From Deltaproteobacteria bacterium (GTDB lineage: Bacteria; Myxococcota; Kuafuiibacteriia; Kuafuiibacteriales; Kuafuiibacteriaceae): a stretch of DNA of 64,000 bases. Below are positions 1 to 9,200 of this stretch, in pieces. The stretch spans positions 512,001 through 576,000 of the forward strand of contig JAVJQW010000023.1 of assembly GCA_040218735.1 (NCBI GenBank). The letters run 5' to 3'. The first letter of the stretch is position 1, and each line of letters begins with the position of its first letter. The position numbers and the translations under genes were made by a program. A model generated the notes under the pieces. It made no database searches. It had not been told where the DNA came from and saw only the letters and a list, made by a program, of their open reading frames with translations.

Positions 1-290
1 GGACGCCAGGTCGCGCTCCCGTCGGACTGGGTGCCGCCCGCCGTGAAGTAACGCGGAGCGCGGCGAGCGACCTGATCTGCATAGCGCGGCGCTCCTCAGC
101 TATGGTCGTGACGACCATGCCCACGTCGCAGAACAACGCCAATTGAGCGCGCGGTCGACGAGTTCAAAAAACTCTGCCCTACGTGTCGGCAGAAGTGCCG
201 AGCCGGCAGGACGGTGGCCGAGTGCGGAGACGGTCATTGCACATGGAGGTATGTGCCGCGCTAACCGCACACGGCCTTTGCGCGATCCGA

Positions 291-1682
291 TCAGCCGTTC
301 ACCTGGACGAAGTGGATCGTGCGGTCTTCGTTGTCGCCGTTCGCACGCTGCGTAATCGTGTTGTCGTACGGCTGCGGAACCTGCGACGGGTTCGGGCCGC
401 CGTGGTCCACCGCGTAGGGGGTGAGGAGCGACGGGTCGTAATCGACACCGTACGTGGTCGAGAACGCGTCCGCGTTCGCGGCCCAGTACGCGTTGGCATC
501 CTCGACACTCGCGAAGAGCGGCGGCGGCGGCGCGTCCGCGATCACCGGCGGGAGGTTCGGGCCGAAGCCCACGATCATCGACACGTGATCCCAGTCCGGG
601 TGTTCCTCGGTGTGAGGATCCGAGAAACTCGTGAACACCAAGTCGCCCGGTCCGAGCTGGTCGACCGAATCGACCTCGACCCCGACCCCGTTGTCGATCA
701 TCGAGTCGTAGAGCGAGGTCGCGACGCGGAACGGCTCCGAGCCGGCGTAGACGCGGTAACCTTCGCCCCAGTTGCGCTCGGTGGGCCCCTCGTTCCATTC
801 GCCGAAGGGCGGCAGCGAGCTGTGGTACCAGGCGGACGACACGAAGGTCGCGCAGTTGCCGCCGTACACCTGGTTATCGTTGAAGGCGGTCTCGAACGAG
901 AAGTCCTCGCCGCGGAGCCCCGCCAACGACATCCCGTAGAGCGCGGCGGCCGCGCCGGGGTCACCAGCGGCCGCGGACGTGAGGAGGTTCTCCACGGTCT
1001 CGGGGGCGATGAGACCCGACGTCACCATCTGGGCGAGTCGCTCGGCCACGAACCCTCCGACGTCGGTGGTCGCGTCGGTCTCTTCGCCGTCGACCCAGAT
1101 CTGGTAGGTCAGGTCGTCGCCGTACAGGTTCTCGGTGGTCTGTGCGTAGGTCTGCGTGAGGTAGATCGGCAGAAGCTCGTCGGCGGTCATCGAGAACCAA
1201 TCCGGGTCGACGGCCGAGCAGTCGATCGCGGCGAGCTCCGCGATCATCTCGTCGCGGGTGAGGCCCACGGTGGCGTTGCTGTTGCCAGCATCGACCGCGA
1301 TGTTCGCATCACCGAGATCGCTCTCCGGTACCGCGGGCGGGCATTCACACGTGGCGGTGGGATCGACGGCGTCGGCGCCGACCAGCTGCATCGTCACGGT
1401 GGCCGCGACGACGCCGAGGTCGACGAGCGCGAGGGCTTCGGCCAACGCGCCCTCCTCCCCCGCTTCGACACGGGCCGCGAGGCCCTCGTTGTCCGGATCG
1501 GCGAGGACCTTGTTGAGCTCGTCCTGGAGCGTCTGGCTAACGACGCTCTCGAGGTTCGGATCCGGGATCCACTCGAGGATTTGGACGAGCTGTTGGACGG
1601 CCTGCTGGAAGACTTCTCCGTCGTCGCCCGTGAGTTGCTGATAGACGATCTGAGTTTGGAAAGTGACGCGTGGGATGCACAT
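291..1682 (-). CDS. Acidic protein with C-terminal NlpC/P60-CHAP superfamily (Amidase_6-like) putative amidase domain
   Basis: Motifs GGNCATFVSSAW (catalytic Cys), LGPGDLVF, WDHVSMIVG (His) and YAVDH. AGGAG RBS before the ATG. No signal peptide. D/E-rich. Confidence 0.7.
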   Translation of the reverse strand: MCIPRVTFQTQIVYQQLTGDDGEVFQQAVQQLVQILEWIPDPNLESVVSQTLQDELNKVLADPDNEGLAARVEAGEEGALAEALALVDLGVVAATVTMQLVGADAVDPTATCECPPAVPESDLGDANIAVDAGNSNATVGLTRDEMIAELAAIDCSAVDPDWFSMTADELLPIYLTQTYAQTTENLYGDDLTYQIWVDGEETDATTDVGGFVAERLAQMVTSGLIAPETVENLLTSAAAGDPGAAAALYGMSLAGLRGEDFSFETAFNDNQVYGGNCATFVSSAWYHSSLPPFGEWNEGPTERNWGEGYRVYAGSEPFRVATSLYDSMIDNGVGVEVDSVDQLGPGDLVFTSFSDPHTEEHPDWDHVSMIVGFGPNLPPVIADAPPPPLFASVEDANAYWAANADAFSTTYGVDYDPSLLTPYAVDHGGPNPSQVPQPYDNTITQRANGDNEDRTIHFVQVNG

Positions 1683-1714
1683 GGCGATTCTCCTGGTGTC
1701 CTCGAGACAGGGGG

Positions 1715-2818
1715 TCAGCGACCGGCGGTTCCGGTCAGGTCGTTACCGGCGCTGTCGACGATCGAGCCGACGCCATCGCCATCGTCCGAGAACGACATCA
1801 CGACGAACTGGTTGTAGCCGGTGATGCCGGCGGTATCCTGGACGACCGATTCGAAGTCCGCGACGGCTTCCTCGAGCGCGGCGCGCGGGACCTCGAAGGT
1901 CCGGCCCGACCACGGGTCGTTGATGATGAAGTTCCCGTCCTCGTAACCGGTGATCACGATGTAGTGCGTGGTCGCGTTGGCGCGCTCGGCGTCGCTGAGC
2001 TCGACGCCCATCGCGTCCATCACCGAGAGGAAGCTGACGGACATCATCACGGGGTCACCCGCGGCGAGTGCGTTCATCGTGACGGTGATGATCTCGTTCA
2101 CGGAGCTCGCCGGATTTGCGTTGAAGGTGCGCGGCCCGAGGAGCTCGACCACGTCGAGCCCGTACGCCGCAGCGACGCGTTCGATGTGGTTGTACTGAGA
2201 GCCGTCGGCGGAGGTTCCGATCTCCCCGGCGAGGGTGTCGATCCGGGCGGCGTTGTCGTCACCGTCGACGTCGATGCCGAAGCCCTGCAGCACCATCAAG
2301 AGCGCGGTCGGTCCGCAGTTGCTCGCGCGGTTCTCGCTGTCGCTGGCGAGCTGACTGATCGCGGGGAACGAGCCGGCGTCGTACGGGCCGATGACCTCGC
2401 CCCACTGCTCCTCCTCGACGTCATTGACGGCGTCGGCGACCGCGTTGACGAAGCTCGCCGGAATCGCGATCGACTCGGGCTCCACCTCTTCGTCGTCCTC
2501 CGCGTCCGCCTCGACCTCGGCTTCGGTCGGCAGGAGGATCGAGGCCGGAGGCGCCTGGCCGACGATCGCTCCGGTCGCGCCGCCGATGAGCGTGAAGTCG
2601 AACGAGACGTCGCTGCCCGACAGCTGGACGTTGACGTTGCGCGTGAACCCGTCCTCGAGCCCGATGCGAAGCTCGACCTCGGAGATCTCCCCGTTCCCGT
2701 CGAGATCCAGGTCTCGGGGATCGTCGGTGATGATCGTGATGATCTCGGGCTGGTCGTCCCCGTCGAGGTCGACGTCCAGGTTGACGGTGTAGCTGTTGTT
2801 GTCGATCGGCGAGGTCAT
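1715..2818 (-). CDS. C39-like (papain-fold) peptidase with N-terminal DxDxDG Ca-binding-like motifs
   Basis: SQ..NCGPTALLMVL, THYIVITGYEDG and IINDPWSG give the C39 Cys-His-Asp set. DLDGDDQPE and DLDGNGEISE occur near the N-terminus. Start moved to ATG 2818. Confidence 0.75.
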   Translation of the reverse strand: MTSPIDNNSYTVNLDVDLDGDDQPEIITIITDDPRDLDLDGNGEISEVELRIGLEDGFTRNVNVQLSGSDVSFDFTLIGGATGAIVGQAPPASILLPTEAEVEADAEDDEEVEPESIAIPASFVNAVADAVNDVEEEQWGEVIGPYDAGSFPAISQLASDSENRASNCGPTALLMVLQGFGIDVDGDDNAARIDTLAGEIGTSADGSQYNHIERVAAAYGLDVVELLGPRTFNANPASSVNEIITVTMNALAAGDPVMMSVSFLSVMDAMGVELSDAERANATTHYIVITGYEDGNFIINDPWSGRTFEVPRAALEEAVADFESVVQDTAGITGYNQFVVMSFSDDGDGVGSIVDSAGNDLTGTAGR

Positions 2819-2832
2819 GACCCCCGACCTTC

Positions 2833-2848
2833 TCAAGAACCTTGCCAA
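2833..2848 (-). promoter_or_regulatory. Putative sigma54 (-24/-12)-like promoter for the peptidase/amidase pair
   Basis: Minus strand TTGGCAAGGTTCTTGA = GG-N10-GA (C to A at -12). ATG is 15 nt downstream. Confidence 0.4.
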
Positions 2849-3047
2849 CGCCCGGGGGGCGTTCAGCGGGGAGCTGCCGTGGGCAGGTCCGGCGGACGTG
2901 CAGCCCAATCGGGGCAGGGCCTCCGTAGCTGCACACTGGGGCGGCAACGCCCGAAGCCGCGATCCCACGCGGGCGCGGCCGAAACGGCGTCGCGCAGAGA
3001 CACCTCAGCCGCGGGCGCTCTGGGAGGGGCCTCTTGGCGGAAGAAGG

Positions 3048-3242
3048 CTATCCGATGCGTTCGCCGCTGACGGTGGTCTCGGCGTTGTCCTTGATGTGCT
3101 GGAGCGCGGCGACCACGGCGGCTGCCACGGCCTCGGCGAACGGCTCCATCGCTGCGACATTGCCATCCGGATAGGACTCCGACAACTGCTGCAATACGGC
3201 TTCACGTGCCCGTTGCCGAGCCACATCTAGATTCATCGACAT
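3048..3242 (-). CDS. Small hypothetical protein (64 aa)
   Basis: ATG-initiated ORF with an amphipathic helix (FAEAVAAAVVAALQHIKDNAE). It fills the gap divergent from the regulator. Confidence 0.6.
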   Translation of the reverse strand: MSMNLDVARQRAREAVLQQLSESYPDGNVAAMEPFAEAVAAAVVAALQHIKDNAETTVSGERIG

Positions 3243-3323
3243 CGTCGACGATGCGTCTTACTCGCTCCCCGAGCGTTTGTCTGTACACGTATTCCGATCA
3301 AGACTCCCGCGCCGGGGTGTTGG

Positions 3324-4337
3324 ATGACGGAGGCGGGGGCGGGGTCGTCGTATCGACGCATCGAATCGGAAGAAGAGGTCGACTTCGCGGAGCTCGGACT
3401 GATCGGCGGCGACCCGAGCTTTCTGCATTGTCTGTCGCTCGCACGTAGGTTCTCGCGAGGCGTCGCTCCGATCCTCGTCTACGGCGAAACCGGTACCGGA
3501 AAAGAACTCATCGCACGTGCGATCCACTACGCCGGACCGCGCAGCGGCGGGCCGTTCGTCCCCGTCAACTGCGGCGGGATTCCGGAGTCACTCGTCGAGA
3601 GCGAGCTCTTCGGCCACGTACGCGGCGCCTTCACGGATGCCTACGCCGAGCAACGCGGGCTGGTTGCACTCGCCGACTGCGGAACGCTGTTCCTCGACGA
3701 AGTCGACAGCCTTTCACCCCGAGCGCAGACGGCGCTTCTGCGGTTCGTCCAGGACCGACGGTTCCGCCCGGTGGGTTCCGAACGCGATGCATCCGCCGAT
3801 GTCGCGCTCGTAACGGCATCGAACCGAAGCCTCGGCAAACTCGTCGAAGCCGGTCAGTTCCGACGTGACCTGTTCTTTCGCCTCGACGTCGCGACGCTCC
3901 GTGTCCCGCCGCTCCGTGAACGCTCGGGGGACATTCCCGATCTCTGCCGACACATCCTCGCGAAGCTAGGCGCAACGTATCGGTGTCCCGCGAAGATCAT
4001 CCACCCGCCCGACGCCCAACGTCTGCAGGAGCAACCTTGGGTTGGCAACATCCGCGAGCTCGAGAACCGACTGCACCGCGCCTGGCTCGTGAGCGACGGA
4101 CCGTACCTCGAGTTCGAGTGGGAGACGGCGCCGGACGAGCCTCACGCCGAGCTCGATCTCAAGAAGGTCAAGCGCGAGGCCGTCGCCGCGGCGGAGCGTC
4201 GTGTCCTGTTGGCGCTGATGAAGCGTACGCAGGGCAACGTATCGCGCGCTGCCGCGCTCGCCCAACACGAACGGCGAGCGTTCGGTCGCCTCCTCAAGAA
4301 ACACGGAATCGATCGAAACGAGTTCATCAAGCGATGA
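3324..4337 (+). CDS. Sigma54-dependent enhancer-binding protein (AAA+ and Fis-type HTH) lacking an N-terminal sensor domain
   Basis: Walker A GETGTGKE, ESELFGHVRGAFTDA, LFLDEV, FRRDLFFRL, WVGNIREL and C-terminal GNVSRAA HTH. Confidence 0.93.
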   Translation: MTEAGAGSSYRRIESEEEVDFAELGLIGGDPSFLHCLSLARRFSRGVAPILVYGETGTGKELIARAIHYAGPRSGGPFVPVNCGGIPESLVESELFGHVRGAFTDAYAEQRGLVALADCGTLFLDEVDSLSPRAQTALLRFVQDRRFRPVGSERDASADVALVTASNRSLGKLVEAGQFRRDLFFRLDVATLRVPPLRERSGDIPDLCRHILAKLGATYRCPAKIIHPPDAQRLQEQPWVGNIRELENRLHRAWLVSDGPYLEFEWETAPDEPHAELDLKKVKREAVAAAERRVLLALMKRTQGNVSRAAALAQHERRAFGRLLKKHGIDRNEFIKR

Positions 4338-6289
4338 CGGCCGCGACCGACCGCGGAATGGCGCTCGAGTGGGATCGTCTGCACCAGATCCTCGTCGATG
4401 CAGCGAGCGGCTCATCGAGCTCGGAGGAGGTCGCCCGAATCGAGGATGCGCTTCGACCGCTGGGGAGCCCGCTACGTTCGCTCGGCGCACGCTTCGAGCT
4501 GACCGGGTTCGAACGCGACACACTCCTGCTCGCCTTGTCCGTCGAAGCATCACTCGACTCGGCACGAAACGTCGCGTCCCTCAATGCGCCACGGGACTCC
4601 GCGCTGGTCACCGTTGACCTCGCGCTCCGGTTGTTCGCCCCCGGCGGCGATCACCGAAGACGTGGCCGAACCGCGCTCGGCCCTGACGGGAAGCTCTTCG
4701 CCGAGGGGTTGCTCGAGTGGGCGGGGCCTGCGTTTGGTTCTCACCTCGCCCGACCCTTCCGAGTCACGCGCGTAGTGTTGGAGCACTTCCTCGCGGACGT
4801 GACGTCGATACCGTCGGGATGTCGAATGCTCACGGACGGAGAAACGGCGCCCGAAGCTCAGGGACTGGCCGCAGCGCTGTCGGCCGACGCCAACCCACCG
4901 ATCACGATGGTCGTCGGTACGATCGCCGCCGAACCGGAGGTCACGGCCCTCGCTGTCTCGAGCGCGCTATCGCGGCCGATGCTCGTCGTGGATCTCGACG
5001 AGGCGGAGGAAGCCGAGGTCGACCCAGTCGCAGTGAGGGCTCGGGCGCGCCTCGAGCGCGCGACCGTCTACCTACGTCACGTCTGGAGATCGCCGGCCCG
5101 CCTTCGGTGGGTTCGCCGTGTGAGCTACGGGGCGCCGATCTTCGTCGAGACACGCCCGGATGACGATTGGTCCTGGAGCACGACGCGGCTCGCGGTGACC
5201 GCGATCCACTGCTCGGAACCGGACACTCGCGCGCGCGTCGAACGATGGCGTGCCGTCCTTCGTGAGAGTGAAGTCACCATCGACGACGCCCTCATCGACG
5301 AGGTTGCGACCAGCTTCGTCCTCTCGCGCGAGCAAGTGAGACTCGCGGTTGGGCACGCGCGCGTCGCGACCGCCGCGGAACGGGGGCTCACGGACACACT
5401 CGACGCCGAGGAGCTCCGCGCAGCGTGCCGAGCCCGACTCGATCATGACCTCGCCGCCGTGGCGACGAAATGCGAGCGACGCCAAACGTGGGACGATCTC
5501 GTCCTCCCCGACGTCACAAAGCGACGACTTCACGACTTCGTCCATGCACTGAAGCACCGATCGCTCGTCTTCGAGACGTGGGCGCTGGCGGACCGTATCG
5601 GAGGCACGACGGGGATCTCGGCGCTTTTCACCGGCGCGTCCGGTACGGGAAAGACGATGGCCGCCAGCGTCGTCGCGCGCTCGGTGGGATTGGACATCTA
5701 CCGAATCGATCTCGCGAGTGTCGTCAGTAAGTACATTGGCGAGACCGAGAAGAACTTGGACCGAGCATTCGGAGCGGCGCGCCGCGCCAGCGCCATCCTC
5801 TTCTTCGATGAAGCCGAGGCGCTGCTCGGAAAACGCTCGGAGGTGAAGGACGCACACGACCGGTACAGCAACATCGAAGTCGCGTATCTCCTTCAGCGAC
5901 TCGAAGCGCACCCAGGCGCGGTGATCTTCGCGACGAACCTCGCCAAGAACCTGGACGCCGCATTTGCGCGTCGGATGCACTTCGTCGTCGAGTTCCCTCG
6001 TCCGGATCCAAAGCTCCGTCTGGCGATTTGGCGTTCTCTGCTCTCGGACCGCGTCCCTGTCGCCGCCGACGTCGACCTCTCGGTTCTCGCGGAGCGATTC
6101 GAGACCACCGGGGGCGAGATTCGCAACGTCCTGCTGGACGCCGCCTTCCTGGCGGCGCGCGGCGGGCGCCCCATCTCGATGTCGAACCTGATGGTCAGCA
6201 TGGCACGCCATCTCCGGCAGGAGGGCCGCCTCCCGACCGCCTCGAGCTTCGGAGCGTTCCACGACGCCGTTGCGGAGGCGCTACTCTGA
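4334..6289 (+). CDS. eCIS-associated AAA+ ATPase (Afp15/Pvc15-like), copy 1
   Basis: WDDLVLP, LFTGASGTGKT, VVSKYIGETEKNL, LFFDEAEALLGKRSEVKDAHDRYSNIEVAYLLQR. ATG overlaps the regulator stop (ATGA). Confidence 0.9.
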   Translation: MTAATDRGMALEWDRLHQILVDAASGSSSSEEVARIEDALRPLGSPLRSLGARFELTGFERDTLLLALSVEASLDSARNVASLNAPRDSALVTVDLALRLFAPGGDHRRRGRTALGPDGKLFAEGLLEWAGPAFGSHLARPFRVTRVVLEHFLADVTSIPSGCRMLTDGETAPEAQGLAAALSADANPPITMVVGTIAAEPEVTALAVSSALSRPMLVVDLDEAEEAEVDPVAVRARARLERATVYLRHVWRSPARLRWVRRVSYGAPIFVETRPDDDWSWSTTRLAVTAIHCSEPDTRARVERWRAVLRESEVTIDDALIDEVATSFVLSREQVRLAVGHARVATAAERGLTDTLDAEELRAACRARLDHDLAAVATKCERRQTWDDLVLPDVTKRRLHDFVHALKHRSLVFETWALADRIGGTTGISALFTGASGTGKTMAASVVARSVGLDIYRIDLASVVSKYIGETEKNLDRAFGAARRASAILFFDEAEALLGKRSEVKDAHDRYSNIEVAYLLQRLEAHPGAVIFATNLAKNLDAAFARRMHFVVEFPRPDPKLRLAIWRSLLSDRVPVAADVDLSVLAERFETTGGEIRNVLLDAAFLAARGGRPISMSNLMVSMARHLRQEGRLPTASSFGAFHDAVAEALL

Positions 6290-6290
6290 G

Positions 6291-9200
6291 ATGGGCCCAC
6301 CGTCCAAACGAAAGGCCAAGGCGCTCGTCCCAAGCGGCGGTACACCACTCCCCGCGAAGACGCGTCGCCGCTTCGAGTCGGCGATGAACGTCGACCTCCG
6401 CGACGTCCGGACCCACGCTTCGCGCGACGTTGGTGAACATGGAGCGCGGGCCGTGACGATCGGGCGACACGTGTTCGGGCCTCCGAGCCTGTTCGCGCCC
6501 GATGCCAAAGACGACGTTCGAACCCTCGCCCACGAGCTGACCCATACGGTCCAGCAGCAGGAGCGCTCGCCCCACGGGGCGCTCGAGCGCACCGCGCCTC
6601 GCTCGCTCGAAGAGCGCTACGCCCGCCGCGTCGCCGACGTCGTCTCGACGGGCCGCCCCGTCGATCCAGCGTGGCTTCGGTATCGATCACCTCGCGCGTT
6701 CGTCGCCTACGACGACGAACCCACCGATGCGGATCGCGCCGCGGCCGCGGACCTTCGCCTCGCGGTTCAGGCCCGAGACCAGGCGGCGGGACTTCGTGTC
6801 CTGCGAGCCAACACGGGCCCGGCGATGCACCGCGTTCGGGCGGCGTACGGCGAGGACTTCGTTCCGGACCTGCGCCAGCTCTTTCGCTACCGGGCCCGCC
6901 ACCCGAATGGGCTGAGCGACCTGATCCTCCGAACGGTGCTGCCGGCCGGAACCGAACCCTGGGGCGAGGCCCGCGCGCTCCTCGGTGACGCGCTCACCCT
7001 CGAAGAGGAGCTCCGGACGCTCGAGGGCATCATGAGCTGGAACGTCGCGGCGTTCTGGCGCGTCCTCGAAGAAGCCGACGACGAGCACGTGCTTCGGATG
7101 TTCGAGGCGCAGGGTGTCGAGCCCGAAGAAGGTGATCGACCTACGAGCAACCTGGCCGGTGTTCGGGCGCTGATCGAGAGCGCGCTCGGAGACTCGGAGC
7201 GCTGGCTCGCGAACAACGTCAACGTGCAGCGCGCCATGCGCATCCTGCTCGCGAAGGCAAACCGCGCCCGCGCGGCGCGACGGGCGCGCGGGGTCGAAGC
7301 GCCCCGGACCGATGGCGACGATGCCGACGACGGCCACTTCGACGACCCGCTCCTCGAGGCACACGTCGACCTCGTGTGGAGCCGAATCGTCGAGGCCGAC
7401 CGACGTTGGGGCCCAGCCTTCGAAGCCGAGCCGATGGCGTCCCGCGCGTACCTCGCGTTGGCCGACCTCGAGGCGATAGAACGTCGGGCGATCGGCGTCC
7501 GGATTCGTGCGCGGACGTGGTCCGGATTCGACAGCGATATCGTTGCGCGCCTCGAGGAGATCGCGGACGAGCGGGACGACGCGCAGGCGCTCTCGCTCGC
7601 GATGCGGCAAGCGCTCACTGAGCGCCACCACGACGCCTACGGAATGCAGCTCGCCACCGAGCGCGCCGGCACCCTCGTCCACCGTGCCCGTACTCGGGAC
7701 CTCGAGCGACCACCGACGCCCCCGGGCGTGGAGGTCCCGTCGTTCCTGGAGTTCGGCGCACCGCCGTCCGAAGGCTCGACGCGCGACATCCTCCACGACC
7801 CTGTGCTCCTCGAGCTCCTCCTCGATCACTCGGGGGAGCCGATGAACGTCGGAGGGCAATACATCGAGTGGATGCGCTCGATGGGAATGACGACGGGGGA
7901 GGTCGCCGAGTACCAGATGCGCGGTGTCGGAGACTTCGACGAGCTGTACACGGTCGTCGAGGGCGTTGCACCCGCCGAGCGCTTCAGTCTCGTTCACTTC
8001 AACGCCAACGGCCGGGCGGCGATGCAACGCGCCAACCTCACCGCCGAGCAGGACCGCATGATCTGGGCGCTCGTCAGTCAAGGCGGCCCTTCGCTGCTAC
8101 CGGGGCTCGACGCGGAGAACGACGGTCTCATCGCGGCTCGGCATCTTCTCGCGGCGGCACGCGAGGAACGACCTGACCGCGTCTTCGCCGTTCTGCGAAG
8201 CCTCGACGAACCCACCCGGACCGCGATGAGCCAAACCGAGGCCTACGCCGAGGCGCTCCGCCACCTGGAACGGAGCGACATCGAGGGACGCGTGCTCGCC
8301 GGGAACATCCGACGTGTCGTCCTGCGAGGCGAGCTGCAAGAAGCCCTCGAAGCGTACGCGATCCGACCGGGTACGACGCCGCGGATTCGCGACCGAAGCG
8401 CGTTCGCGGAGCTGATCTCCCACGAGCTCGACCAGGGCGGCGGACGAAGCCGGCAGGTCGAGATCCGTCGCGGTTTTGTCCTCCACCAGCGGAGCCTGCG
8501 CCACCCGGACCTCGAGCTCTCCACGGGGGATCAAGCGCTCGTCGACGCGTACCGTGACTACGCGAACTTCATCGAAGGCGAGGACAACGAGGACCAACAA
8601 CCCCTGTGGAACGTATTGCTCGGCGCGCCCCGCGTCGTCGGTGGCCAGCAGGACCTCGATCCCAACATGGAGGCGGACTTCATGTTCTACCGCCTCCAGC
8701 AATTCGCCGGTCTCCGCGGAGCCGCCGTCGCGCCCTGGGGTTGGGCCCTGCACGATCTCGACGAAGCCACGGTCGGGTTCACGGCGCTCTACGAACGTGT
8801 CCGGCCCGGCGGCGTCAGCCCCTCCGACCTCGCCGAGCTCGTGCTCCGCTACCACGCGGCGATCCGCGCGACCGAAGCCTACCGTGATGCGAACGAATCG
8901 CTGGCTTCGGACGTCGCGTCGATCGTGGCGTGCGTCGTCGGCGTCGCTGTCGTCACCGTGCTCAGCGGCGGCACGCTCGGACCGGTCGCGATCGCGGCCG
9001 TCGCCGGTCTCGCCGGCGGCTCTGCCGCGGCCATCACGGGAGCGGCGCTCCGGCACGAATCCAGCGGCGAAGACGTCGCCACCGACTTCGCGCTCGGCGC
9101 GGTGGAGGGAGCGTTGGCGATCACCGGCGAGGCCCTCGCGGCCCGAGCCGTTCGAGGTCTGGGCCTCGCCGCCGAGGGCGCGGCGGAGGTCGCGACGATG

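Noticed and set aside
1-51. Possible 3' end of a plus-strand gene (..SDWVPPAVK-stop)
   Set aside because: Only 16 codons are visible, which is too short to support a call.
183-3070. Long plus-strand ORFs 183-1817 and 1670-3070
   Set aside because: They are antisense shadows of the amidase-like and C39-like genes, which carry clear catalytic motifs.
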